From NCBI GenBank assembly GCA_030648155.1, contig JAUSIK010000002.1, forward strand, positions 17,205 to 81,204: a DNA stretch of 64,000 nucleotides, in the 5' to 3' direction. Source of the stretch: Nanobdellota archaeon (GTDB lineage: Archaea > Nanobdellota > Nanobdellia > Pacearchaeales > GW2011-AR1). Shown here one piece after another: positions 38,479 through 48,568 of this stretch. Within the stretch, counting starts at the first letter, position 1; each line of letters opens with the position of its first letter. The position numbers and the translations under genes are program-made. A model generated the notes under the pieces. That model ran no database searches, was not told the DNA's origin, and was given only the letters and a program-made list of their open reading frames with translations.

Positions 38479-40050
38479 ATGGCACAAAATAAATACTCTA
38501 GAAGACAAATACTAAAAGCAATACTAGGAGCTTCGCTCGCACAAGGATGTAACAATGGCAATCGAGCAGTAGTAGGGCCATTAGATTTTATTTCTTTACC
38601 GAAAGAAAATTTATTTTGGGAGGATTTAGAAGTTATTCATAACGATCTAGAAAACGATTTTTCATTTAATTTTACCACTATTAGCCAGAATGGTTTAAAA
38701 TTTAAAGGGTTGGTTAAAAGTGGAGAGGAATACCTCGCTCTTGAGGCTAAAGGCTTCCAGTTTGAAGTAGAATTAGATCAGAATGTAAAAAATTATACTA
38801 TAGAAGAATTAAAGTGGAGAAAAGATGGATTTTCATTAAGCTTGAGAGAGGGCGATAATCATTTTGTATCATGCTTTGATTCTGGTAAAGACCTGCATTT
38901 TTCTGGACTGGAACATACATTAAATTTAGCGACCAGAGAGAAAAAAATCAATGCCAATTATTACAATGGATCTATCCAAGAAGATGCTTATTTCAGGATT
39001 GATGCCTCTCTTGAAAAAGATGGGATAATTTTAAGAAAGGCTGATAAAACTAGAGTTTCTGACAGTTCTCCAGGAAATAATCTTTTAATTAAAGAGCCAT
39101 ATTTCCATTTTGTTCAATTAAGAAGCCCTACTTCATTTGAAATAGAAAATAAGATCAAAGAAAGAAATAAACCAATTCCGGAGGTAAAAGATTCAATTGG
39201 AATAGGTTTAGAAGAAAATTTTAGTTTTGAATTCTTCCCCTCTTTAGAAGCACGTCTAGAAAATCTTCCAGGACAGGGTTTGTTATTTTTACCAGATTTA
39301 ATCAATACTCAGTTTGAGCAAAACGGAGTAGAGTATCTAATCAGATACTTCGCCTTAGACACACGTAAAATTCCCTCTAATAATTCAGAAAGAATTTTTT
39401 ACCCTGCAAATACTGTTTTTACAGAATTAATTGAAGCTCCAAAACGAATTTTTCTTTCAGAAAATAATCCTCAATTATTCGATATTGAAGGAGCCAGATA
39501 TACTCTAACTTTAAAAGGTGAAGAAGAAAGTCCGAATGATTTTCCAGGGAAGAGTTTTATATTAGAAGTAAGAAAAGGAGATTCAATCCAAGAGGTTAGG
39601 ATAAAACCTCTCACATACGCATATCCGAACCGAGTTTTCGATATAAATATTGATCCTGACCTTCAGCCTTATTTTACAGATTCAAAATCGCTCCTGCAAT
39701 CTTTCTTTATATCAAAAAATAAATTTTCTTCAGCCCCAGATTTTGGAGATGATCATCAATTTTCCGGATTAAAAAAAGTTTTGGTGCCTAATTATGATCC
39801 TACCTCACATAATAAAAAAATATCTTATGAGCAAGTCACTTTAGCAAACAGGTTTAACGGGGAAGTCCAAGATTCATTTTTTAGATGTGATATTGACATA
39901 GGCATTGATTCCTATAGAAAGGTAAGGTCTGATGAAGAAAATGATAGTTACAAAATTATTTCATCAAAAGGATTTAGTCCAGCAGACCAAATTGAGAATG
40001 GATATAAAGTGAAGATAAAATCCTTGCAAAAAATAATCAGCGAGCATTAG
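38479..40050 (+). CDS. Putative Tat-signal lipoprotein of unknown function
   Basis: SRRQILK twin-arginine-like motif followed by LAQGC lipobox. Confidence 0.65.
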   Translation: MAQNKYSRRQILKAILGASLAQGCNNGNRAVVGPLDFISLPKENLFWEDLEVIHNDLENDFSFNFTTISQNGLKFKGLVKSGEEYLALEAKGFQFEVELDQNVKNYTIEELKWRKDGFSLSLREGDNHFVSCFDSGKDLHFSGLEHTLNLATREKKINANYYNGSIQEDAYFRIDASLEKDGIILRKADKTRVSDSSPGNNLLIKEPYFHFVQLRSPTSFEIENKIKERNKPIPEVKDSIGIGLEENFSFEFFPSLEARLENLPGQGLLFLPDLINTQFEQNGVEYLIRYFALDTRKIPSNNSERIFYPANTVFTELIEAPKRIFLSENNPQLFDIEGARYTLTLKGEEESPNDFPGKSFILEVRKGDSIQEVRIKPLTYAYPNRVFDINIDPDLQPYFTDSKSLLQSFFISKNKFSSAPDFGDDHQFSGLKKVLVPNYDPTSHNKKISYEQVTLANRFNGEVQDSFFRCDIDIGIDSYRKVRSDEENDSYKIISSKGFSPADQIENGYKVKIKSLQKIISEH

Positions 40051-40080
40051 ATATATAAAGGACTTTTGCTCTTTTCCCCT

Positions 40081-43000
40081 ATGTTAAAAAGAGGAAGCAA
40101 TTTTATAATTTTCACAGTAATTATCGTTTCTTTTTTATCTTTTGTAAATGCAGAAGAATGCGTTCCTGTCCACATTTCCAATAGGGATGTTGACCATTCT
40201 TTAGATATAACTTTAGTAAGCGATTTCCTAGATAATGAAGGCTTAGAAAATCAGGCTGAAAATTTAGCCCAAGTAATGAAGCAAGTATCTCCTTTTAACG
40301 AATTTATAGATAATAAAATTAATATTCGATATGTAAAATTAGATGCAGTTCAGGATCTAGAATGTTGTACCAATCTCCCTTTTTGTAGTCAGATTAAAGT
40401 TGCAGACCTGGCCTCAAATTGTCCAACTGATGAAATTATAGTTTTTTCACAAAATGGAGATGCGCCTGCATGCACGGTTAAAGGAGTGCATATTCCTGCA
40501 GTAGGTGCGTTTGGCCAACATGTCATGATACTTGAAAAAATGGAAGACACCAATCCTAGATTATTACTCCATGAACTTGGGCATTCAATGGCATTCCTTG
40601 GAGATGAATATTCCTATAGAGAATATTTAGATGACTCTTCTTATAATGAAGTGGAAGACACAGTCGAAAATGCCTTATTTTTCTTAAATTTTCCAAACTG
40701 CGAAAGAAATCCACAGTGTGAGAATGGATTATGTAGTTGTCCTAAATGGGAAAATGTTCCTGGGGCTGGATGTTTTCAAGGATGTGGATTTGATAATTGG
40801 TATAGGGATAATCAAAGTAGTATCATGAATAATGAATTGGAAGAGGTAAGTCCAGTAGGTTTATTACAGTTTAGAAGCGCAATTAATCGATATGCTGATT
40901 ACGTAAAAGAACCAATTAGTATAGAAATTAATAGAAAAACAGAAGAATTCATAATAAATAAATTTATTGAAAAGAATTCTGATTGGAAAAAAGGAAAGAT
41001 TCCATCCGTTTCTTTTTCAGAAGAAGTGCCAGAACTTAACGAACCGACAAAAAGCGACGAAGTCAATTCTTTTATAGAAAATTTAGTAAAATTTGCATTA
41101 AGCGGTTTAACTATGCAATATTACGATTGCAAAAATTATAGAATAGAGGGTAAAACAAATCCAACAATAGGGTTAAAGTTCACGGATGCAAAAGTAAGGC
41201 ATCTTCCTGCTAATATATTACAGATGGATCTTAGTTTAGACATGAAATTAGAAGGCAAGGCTTCTTTAAGTGCAGATGGGAAAATAATAGGAATAGATCC
41301 TCTTAAACCAGATGTAAAAATAGTAAAGAGCTGTGAGGACTTGCTGGATATAAAGTGGGAGACAACACTTAATGATGCTCATATAATAACTGACTTACAA
41401 TTTTATCAGGGGGAACTTGGAGTAATAGCTGTAAGTCCAAAAGTAAAAGATATAAAAATTTTAAAAGAAGAGGAAATCGAATTTAAAATAGATGATTCTG
41501 CATTTAGCCTAGGCATTATTTTAGCAAGAGTACTTGATATCCTAGATGAAAATCATTTTACAAGATCTTATGAATTTGCCTCCACACTAGATGAAAATAT
41601 TTATTCCTTAAAAGATGAAATGAATGAAAACTTAGATGATTTTGGCCTTTCTTTTAAAGCTTCTTTAGATCTTTTAGGCCTAGAGCAACTAGCGAACATG
41701 GGAAAGCCTCATGGAATGATTTTGGATATTGCGATGAAGGATTCATCTAAAAACGGAAAATTATTGACACGTGGAATAGAAATTCAACCAACTGAAGAAA
41801 CCCTAAGATTATCAGGTATTGCTTCATTCAATAGGCCACTTGCTTCCAATAAAGCAGAATGCGTACAGAATAGCATTAATAATTTTAATGCTATAGATTA
41901 TTCCTCATTTAATAGAGATATTCCTACAGACCCCACAAAATTCGCCTCTGTAAAAATTTCACAAACTTATCCAAATTGGTTTATTGCAACACTATGGAAT
42001 GATGGATTTTTTTGTTCTGAAAAATCAATCCCAATCGGTGATAATCCCGAGTTTATTCCAAATATAGATTCCCTCGTTCTAAATAAAATTAATTATAATA
42101 TTATTCCATTAAATCCACCATATATTGATTATACTTTGAATGAGGATCTAAATAGAGATGGAATAATAGATATGAATAATGATTTAACTGCAGATGGAAA
42201 AATGAATGTTAATTTGGTATTCGATTATACAATAGGAGATAATGATTATAGTAAATCAATAGATATTAACTTAGATTATAAAATTCCACTGGTTTTGGAA
42301 GAGCCCGATATGACAGTTCCACAGGATGAGGGCCATAGTTCCGCTCAAAGCTACTTTAGAACAAATATAGAGAATTCAATTATAAAAATAAATAATATCA
42401 TATGCCAGGAAGGAGAAGTAATATGTGACAATTTGAAATTAAAGTCCTATCAAGATGTATTTGCTCAAGAGATGAAAGAAAATATAGTATCTCATATTGA
42501 TAGAGCAATAAAAGAAATCGAATTAAATCCTATAAGAGACGTAAATCTTAATTTTGGAAAGGTTGGAACTGATTACTTTGACGTTGGTTTCAATTTAAAC
42601 TATGGTGAATATGTTTCAGAAATAGAAGCCAGAAATATTGAAGACCAATGGGCTATTTATGATTTCGATTTAAAAGAAAAATGCAAGCAGGAAGAGGATT
42701 GTGGGGCGCCTGGAAAGGCAAAAATTAATTCCATAAAGGAAATTTTTTATAAAGAGGCCCCAGAATGCGCTAACATTCCTTATGGGCTAGCTGAAGGTAA
42801 CGGTTGCAAATGTATTAAGGGCCCTACTGAAGAAAGTAAGGCCTGTATAGATTCACTTCAAAGATCGAATGGCGAATTATATCATTACATAAAAATAAAG
42901 TATTCAGCATCAAGGCCTCAAGATTTAGTTAGTTATAATCTTAATCTTATTAATTGGAATTATTACAAAAAAGAACCAGGAAGAACGTATACTATTTATT

Positions 43001-43332
43001 TAACTGATTCTTTGAATACGTATAATGATCTTCAAAGGAGTAAGCAGGAAAAAAATTCCAACATAGAGTTTATTGATGCCGAGGATAATATACATTATTT
43101 AACTTCAGATGCGACACAAGTCATCGCCTTCAGATCCAAGACGGAAAAAGGAGTTGAGCAAAATTTTAAGTGTATGGCTTCAATAATAATAGATAGATCT
43201 CCTGATATGTTCAATTATATAATAAAAGGAGCACTCATTACTGTTCATCCAAGACTCAGGCTAGATGTAAATGATGATTATACTGTTTGTGCAGGGGACG
43301 AAGGAATACTAGAAAATGAGGGGTACTTTTAA
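40081..43332 (+). CDS. Large secreted protein: M64-like zinc metallopeptidase plus a long beta-rich region
   Basis: Signal peptide (..VNA/EE), SPFNEF, HELGHSMAFLGDEY, GCFQGC...WYR....SIM. Confidence 0.75.
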   Translation: MLKRGSNFIIFTVIIVSFLSFVNAEECVPVHISNRDVDHSLDITLVSDFLDNEGLENQAENLAQVMKQVSPFNEFIDNKINIRYVKLDAVQDLECCTNLPFCSQIKVADLASNCPTDEIIVFSQNGDAPACTVKGVHIPAVGAFGQHVMILEKMEDTNPRLLLHELGHSMAFLGDEYSYREYLDDSSYNEVEDTVENALFFLNFPNCERNPQCENGLCSCPKWENVPGAGCFQGCGFDNWYRDNQSSIMNNELEEVSPVGLLQFRSAINRYADYVKEPISIEINRKTEEFIINKFIEKNSDWKKGKIPSVSFSEEVPELNEPTKSDEVNSFIENLVKFALSGLTMQYYDCKNYRIEGKTNPTIGLKFTDAKVRHLPANILQMDLSLDMKLEGKASLSADGKIIGIDPLKPDVKIVKSCEDLLDIKWETTLNDAHIITDLQFYQGELGVIAVSPKVKDIKILKEEEIEFKIDDSAFSLGIILARVLDILDENHFTRSYEFASTLDENIYSLKDEMNENLDDFGLSFKASLDLLGLEQLANMGKPHGMILDIAMKDSSKNGKLLTRGIEIQPTEETLRLSGIASFNRPLASNKAECVQNSINNFNAIDYSSFNRDIPTDPTKFASVKISQTYPNWFIATLWNDGFFCSEKSIPIGDNPEFIPNIDSLVLNKINYNIIPLNPPYIDYTLNEDLNRDGIIDMNNDLTADGKMNVNLVFDYTIGDNDYSKSIDINLDYKIPLVLEEPDMTVPQDEGHSSAQSYFRTNIENSIIKINNIICQEGEVICDNLKLKSYQDVFAQEMKENIVSHIDRAIKEIELNPIRDVNLNFGKVGTDYFDVGFNLNYGEYVSEIEARNIEDQWAIYDFDLKEKCKQEEDCGAPGKAKINSIKEIFYKEAPECANIPYGLAEGNGCKCIKGPTEESKACIDSLQRSNGELYHYIKIKYSASRPQDLVSYNLNLINWNYYKKEPGRTYTIYLTDSLNTYNDLQRSKQEKNSNIEFIDAEDNIHYLTSDATQVIAFRSKTEKGVEQNFKCMASIIIDRSPDMFNYIIKGALITVHPRLRLDVNDDYTVCAGDEGILENEGYF

Positions 43333-43333
43333 A

Positions 43334-44893
43334 ATGAAGAAATCACTACTTTTAACTGCAATTCTGATAATTGTAAGTTTATTGGGAATTTTATCAATTA
43401 AACCTATACTAACCGGTAAAGTAACACAAGAAGAATGTAATTTTTTAAGAGGCGATTCTAATTCGGATTCTTCTCTAAATCTAGCTGACCCTATGTATAT
43501 ATTGAACTTTTTATTTAAGGGAGGAAATAGCCCAATATGTGAAGACTCAGCAGATTCTAATGATGATGGCCGAATTGATATTACTGATGCGGTGTTTATA
43601 TTACAATACTTATTTTCAGGAGGCGGGTCTCCACCACTGCCATTTCCATCAAATGGAATAGATCCTACAAGTGATTCTTTAAGTTGCGGTACTTCAAATG
43701 CTTGTAGTTATAAAAAAGTAAATCTTTGTCCCTCTTTAGGTATTCAAGATAGCGAGGAGTGTTTAATCCAAGTATTTGCACAATCAAAAATAATTGAAAA
43801 AGAAATAGACAGTGACTTATCAGCCTGTGCAATTATAAAAAGTGGAAAGAATTTTATTGGTTGCGACCCATACGAATCAGCAAATAGTAAAGAACATGTA
43901 TTGGTAAGGTCTTTTGCTGAACAGCGCAATCCTTCATTTTATAATTCAGATCAAGGGTTATTGGTAACCTGGGAAGAATTCGAAAAAAATCAAGTTCAAG
44001 AAGAAAAAATTAAAATATATCTTTGTAGAATGAATGGATTTATTGCGGACCCCTACAATTATTGTGAGCTGAACAAAAAACTTATCGCATATGGTTCTCA
44101 TCCATCTGTGTCTAGATACTTGGTGTGGAAAGATGAAAATTCAATTAGGGCTTGTGACCCTTTCCTAGAAGAAGGGAAATATTCTTGCACTTTTGAAAGC
44201 GAAAAAATGTTAATTACTGAAGAAATTAATTCAGAGGGCGAATATATAACTCCTTTAATCAAAGAAAATAACCTTCTTTATAGAAAAAAGGTAATGGGAT
44301 TAGAAAAAAGCGTTTACTATTTGTACGCATGCATTATAGGCCAAGACAATTTTATTTGTCCTTCAAAATCAATAGCAGAAGGGCAGATAGATCTTTCTCA
44401 AGCAGGCGATATTAAAGATGGTAGAATAGTTTATGCCTCTAAAAATAATAACCAAAAATACGACATTGTCTTTTTGGAAAATCCAGATAAAAAGATTATA
44501 ATTGCTGAAGAACAGGAATTAGTTTCCTCTCCGCAATTAGTCTCATTGTACAATAATGAATTAAAGCAGATGCAATATTATGTCGTATGGAAACAATCTA
44601 ATTCTGGCAATAAATATAATATTCAAGTCAAACTTGCTGATGGAAATTTAAATACGCACTATAAGGTGATTACACCAGGATACACCGGCGCAAATGGTCC
44701 ATCTGTCTTTGATCAGAGAGATTTTACTTTTATTCAAGATAAGATACTTGGAAAATTTGAGGGTTCTTTTGATGAATCTAGTGATCAAAATTTCTTAAAC
44801 AAATGGTTTACTTGTAACTTGAAATCTTTAGAGAACCCTTCACAAGAAGAATTAGATTCTGGACTGATAGGCGGTTGTTTACAAAGAGTCTAG
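43334..44893 (+). CDS. Secreted protein with a dockerin-like double Ca-binding repeat and beta-propeller-like repeats
   Basis: FLRGDSNSDSSLNLADPMYILNFLFKGG...DSNDDGRIDITDAVFILQYLFSGG. LVTWE, LVWKD, IVYA and VVWKQ strand motifs. Confidence 0.7.
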   Translation: MKKSLLLTAILIIVSLLGILSIKPILTGKVTQEECNFLRGDSNSDSSLNLADPMYILNFLFKGGNSPICEDSADSNDDGRIDITDAVFILQYLFSGGGSPPLPFPSNGIDPTSDSLSCGTSNACSYKKVNLCPSLGIQDSEECLIQVFAQSKIIEKEIDSDLSACAIIKSGKNFIGCDPYESANSKEHVLVRSFAEQRNPSFYNSDQGLLVTWEEFEKNQVQEEKIKIYLCRMNGFIADPYNYCELNKKLIAYGSHPSVSRYLVWKDENSIRACDPFLEEGKYSCTFESEKMLITEEINSEGEYITPLIKENNLLYRKKVMGLEKSVYYLYACIIGQDNFICPSKSIAEGQIDLSQAGDIKDGRIVYASKNNNQKYDIVFLENPDKKIIIAEEQELVSSPQLVSLYNNELKQMQYYVVWKQSNSGNKYNIQVKLADGNLNTHYKVITPGYTGANGPSVFDQRDFTFIQDKILGKFEGSFDESSDQNFLNKWFTCNLKSLENPSQEELDSGLIGGCLQRV

Positions 44894-44938
44894 GGCTTTT
44901 ATTATAAATTTTTACAATTTTTTTAGAATCTAACTCAA

Positions 44939-45673
44939 CTATTTCCTCTTAACTTTGCCGTTAACTTTCTTATCATTCTTAATTCCATTCTTCTTTTCTG
45001 CTTGGATAAGCTCCCCATTCAATCTTGACTTTTCTTTTTGTATAGCCTGCTCAAGTTTGTTTAGTTTCTTTAATTCATCGAGTGGATTGCCCCCGCTTGC
45101 CTCTTCACCTTCTTCTCCTTGTTCAGGCATCTGTCCTTTAGGCATTAATTTTCCCCCATTCATAGCCTTCATCTGGTCAACAGGAATTTTTTTCATTATT
45201 TCCACAAAAGAAGTTTTTTCCATTTTTAAAACTGTTTCAGAGGCATCATCTATATGGGCCTTTAAAATATCCATTCCAGATAGAACTGAATTAATATTCC
45301 AGACTCTTTTTCCCTTTATATTCTGAACAATAGCAATTATTTTTTTAATATCTTCAGTAATACTTCTGTTCTTCATCTCATCTAAAAGAATACCAGGCAA
45401 TGCTTCCAAATCAATTCTAGTTTGTATATCTAGTTTTTCAGGAACATGATCAGTTACACTATCTAAAATCTGGAAATTAACCCCCTTATCTAAACTAAAA
45501 GCAGCAAACTTCTTTTGTGAAGGAATATAATAATCAATTTGATGCACGTTTTTTCCCATTTCCAGATCTATTACGAAAAAACCAGCAGCGATAAATGCAT
45601 CGCTGTATTTCTTGTTAAACTCTTTATACTGGCTGGATGCCGTCAACTTATCAACATAAGGCTGTATTTTCAT
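44939..45673 (-). CDS. Hypothetical protein
   Basis: 244-aa ORF. No family assigned. Confidence 0.7.
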   Translation of the reverse strand: MKIQPYVDKLTASSQYKEFNKKYSDAFIAAGFFVIDLEMGKNVHQIDYYIPSQKKFAAFSLDKGVNFQILDSVTDHVPEKLDIQTRIDLEALPGILLDEMKNRSITEDIKKIIAIVQNIKGKRVWNINSVLSGMDILKAHIDDASETVLKMEKTSFVEIMKKIPVDQMKAMNGGKLMPKGQMPEQGEEGEEASGGNPLDELKKLNKLEQAIQKEKSRLNGELIQAEKKNGIKNDKKVNGKVKRK

Positions 45674-45771
45674 TTTCTCTTTTTCCTATTTTATATTCTA
45701 TTTGCAATAGTTTATAAGTCTTTAGTTTACCGAACACTATATTTATAAATCTAGTTAATTAAATAAAGACA

Positions 45772-47106
45772 ATGAAAAAAAGAGGTTTGAGCAGCGTAGT
45801 CACAGTAATGCTTCTAATAGCTATTTCTATCGCAGCAGTAATAATACTTTGGTTTTATTTTAGGACAGGATTAGTAGATTTAAGTGAACAAATAAAAACA
45901 GAATGTGTAACATTACATTTAGAACCTGCACTCTGCATTTTAAACACAGATGAATCTCTATCAATTACATTAAAGAGAAATTTAGGTTCTGAAGAGATTT
46001 TATTTAGTAAAGCAAAATTACTATTTACTTTTACTGATGGCGATAGCAAAATAATAGAAGTTGATAATTTACCTCAAACATTAGATACAGCAATAAATTT
46101 ACTTCCAATATCAAAAGCAGAATTAAATAATAAACAAGTAAAGGGAATTAGAGCATCGGCAGTTATAGAATATGATGACAAAGTAGGTGTTTGCGAGCTA
46201 TCATCAAAAGAAATTACATGTTCAAGAGAAAGAGTTGTTGATGAAGGCTCGCCAACTCTTGGTGGAGGTTCTAATCCTTTGTGTGGAAACTCAATTACAG
46301 AATCAAGCGAACAATGCGACGATGGAAATGGAGTCGACACAGATTCCTGTGTTAATTGTATGAATGCAGTTTGCGGAGATAGTTTCATCCATCAAGGTAA
46401 TGAAATCTGCGACGATGGATCATCGAATGGAGTACCTGGGAAATGTAATCTTCAATGTAATGGTATGGTTCCTACAGCCCCCGATTGTTCAGATGGCACC
46501 TGGGCAACTCTCAACACATGGTATCAAGACTTATTCACAGGAGAAACAGTCTCGGAGTTCTGGGCCGATAAAGATCCAGCTTGGCAAACTCGTTGGACTG
46601 TTGAGAACAACGAATTGAAATTCAATAAGGACGATGAATTACCAATAGTAGATTTATCTGGTGATTTCTCATTAGAAATGGGCTGGCACATTTACACAGA
46701 ATCCTCATTTGGTTTCTTTGTTGAATATTTAGGTGATGATGGAAAAATATATAGAATTTATTATAAATGGTCTGGACCTACAGGTGGACCTCATAAATTA
46801 AGAGCATTTAGAGATATGGGCTCATATGATGAAGATGGGGTATTTAAAAGGGAAAATAGAGATGGTTATAAGGAAACACTTGGTTTCGAGCCCATTACAG
46901 AAATAGATGTAAAATTAGTGAGGGAAGAAAATTTATTCACATGGTATTATAAATTCCCTCCAAGTACAACTTGGATACAATATGCACAGACCACATTAAA
47001 TGATGCTAAACCTACCGTTAAATTCTTCTTCGACGAAGGATCAGGCCAGGCACTAAGATACGTCAAATTCCAATCAGACACATCAGGAACTTTCCCTTGT
47101 TCATAA
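45772..47106 (+). CDS. Pilin-like protein (class III signal peptide) with Cys-rich repeats and a C-terminal lectin-like domain
   Basis: KRG/LSSVVTVMLLIAISIAAVIILW, CGNSITESSEQCDDGN, aromatic-rich beta C-terminus. Confidence 0.75.
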   Translation: MKKRGLSSVVTVMLLIAISIAAVIILWFYFRTGLVDLSEQIKTECVTLHLEPALCILNTDESLSITLKRNLGSEEILFSKAKLLFTFTDGDSKIIEVDNLPQTLDTAINLLPISKAELNNKQVKGIRASAVIEYDDKVGVCELSSKEITCSRERVVDEGSPTLGGGSNPLCGNSITESSEQCDDGNGVDTDSCVNCMNAVCGDSFIHQGNEICDDGSSNGVPGKCNLQCNGMVPTAPDCSDGTWATLNTWYQDLFTGETVSEFWADKDPAWQTRWTVENNELKFNKDDELPIVDLSGDFSLEMGWHIYTESSFGFFVEYLGDDGKIYRIYYKWSGPTGGPHKLRAFRDMGSYDEDGVFKRENRDGYKETLGFEPITEIDVKLVREENLFTWYYKFPPSTTWIQYAQTTLNDAKPTVKFFFDEGSGQALRYVKFQSDTSGTFPCS

Positions 47107-47107
47107 A

Positions 47108-48316
47108 ATGCAAAACAAAAAAGCTCTAAGCGCAGTTGTAAGTACAATTCTCCTAGTACTTTTAGGAATCTCTGCTGTTGCAATTTTTTGGTTTTACATT
47201 CAAGGATCACTAGTAAGTTTTAGCAGTCAGGTAAAAACAGAATGTGTAACCCTGCATTTAGAGCCTGGAACTTGCATTATTAACCCAGATGATTCACTTT
47301 CCATTATCCTTAATAGAAATCCTGGATCCGAAAAAGTAACATTAACGAAGGCTAAACTTTTACTCTCATTTAAAGACGGAACTTCGGAAATTAAGGAAAT
47401 AAATAACATTCCCTCCACTATTTCAGAAAATATTGTACTTGCTCCAATATCAAAAGTAGAATTAAACAATAAAGAGGTAAGATCAGTTCGAGCTTCAGCC
47501 GTAATTGAATACAAAGATAAAGTAGGTGTATGTGAATTATCTAAGAATGAAGTTTCATGTTCGAGAGAAAGAGTTGTTGATGAAGGGTCGCCAACTGTAA
47601 CCCCTCTATTATGCAAGGGAGACTCAAGTTGGACAACTTTGCCTACATGGCTTGAAGATGACTTTACAAGTCCTTTCATAAATAAATTCTGGAATGATGA
47701 TATAAAGAATAATTGGATATATTCTCCTGAAGCAACTGATAAAAAATCAGACACAATAACAGACGACAAAGGATATATTGATCTAAAATTAATTGGATAT
47801 TCCCAAGTAGCAAAAATCAAAGGCAATTTCATTATTGAGATTGGTTATACTATCAATGATTATAACTCTCTAGGAGGTTTCTATCTTACTCAAGATTTCA
47901 GTGAAAATCTATTCAGCTTCAAAGGATTTGGATTTTCGCTTGAGCCAGGACCTTCTATCGGTGGACATGATCAATATTATATAAAATCATTAAGAAGCAA
48001 TTTTCCGATATTTTTCCCTTCATTCCCTATTTCTGCAAATGCAGTTCCAAAAAGATTAGATTTAAGGCTAACTGTGAAGAAGAATATCCAAAATGGGAAC
48101 TATGAAGGAAATGATGTTATATGGGAATATAGGGGCCTATTCGATAATTCACATTACAATGATCCAACTATATGGAATACTATCGGACAACAGAATATAC
48201 CTATAGATAATTATCTTGATTTAAACAATGATGTAGATATAAGATTCAAGAGGGCCCCAGGAATGTTTATTAGATATGTAAGGTTCCAATCAGAAGAAGG
48301 TCTTCTTTGCAGTTAA
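47108..48316 (+). CDS. Pilin-like protein (class III signal peptide), paralogue with a divergent C-terminal domain
   Basis: KKA/LSAVVSTILLVLLGISAVAIFW. Shares KTECVTLHLEP and DKVGVCELS...CSRERVVDEGSPT with the upstream gene. Confidence 0.75.
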   Translation: MQNKKALSAVVSTILLVLLGISAVAIFWFYIQGSLVSFSSQVKTECVTLHLEPGTCIINPDDSLSIILNRNPGSEKVTLTKAKLLLSFKDGTSEIKEINNIPSTISENIVLAPISKVELNNKEVRSVRASAVIEYKDKVGVCELSKNEVSCSRERVVDEGSPTVTPLLCKGDSSWTTLPTWLEDDFTSPFINKFWNDDIKNNWIYSPEATDKKSDTITDDKGYIDLKLIGYSQVAKIKGNFIIEIGYTINDYNSLGGFYLTQDFSENLFSFKGFGFSLEPGPSIGGHDQYYIKSLRSNFPIFFPSFPISANAVPKRLDLRLTVKKNIQNGNYEGNDVIWEYRGLFDNSHYNDPTIWNTIGQQNIPIDNYLDLNNDVDIRFKRAPGMFIRYVRFQSEEGLLCS

Positions 48317-48342
48317 AATAATCACTATGTTGAGTCCAGTAT

Positions 48343-48432
48343 AGAGAAATTTGAATAATTCCAAATTTTAAGAAGAATTTTCAAATTTCTTGTTAGAGAA
48401 GATTGTTATTATCTAATTTTGCAAACTTCTCT
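48343..48432. mobile_element. 90-bp MITE-like element, family 1, copy 2
   Basis: Near-identical to 5809-5898, flanked by AT...AT. Confidence 0.75.
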
Positions 48433-48568
48433 ATGCAACTCAATGCCTGCTATAATTTACAACCAATCCATTCACCATCCCCAAATAATTAATAATTTTT
48501 AAATGTTTTACATATATATTTAATTTTTACATTTGTAAAAAATTAAATCAACCAGTTTACTTTACACC

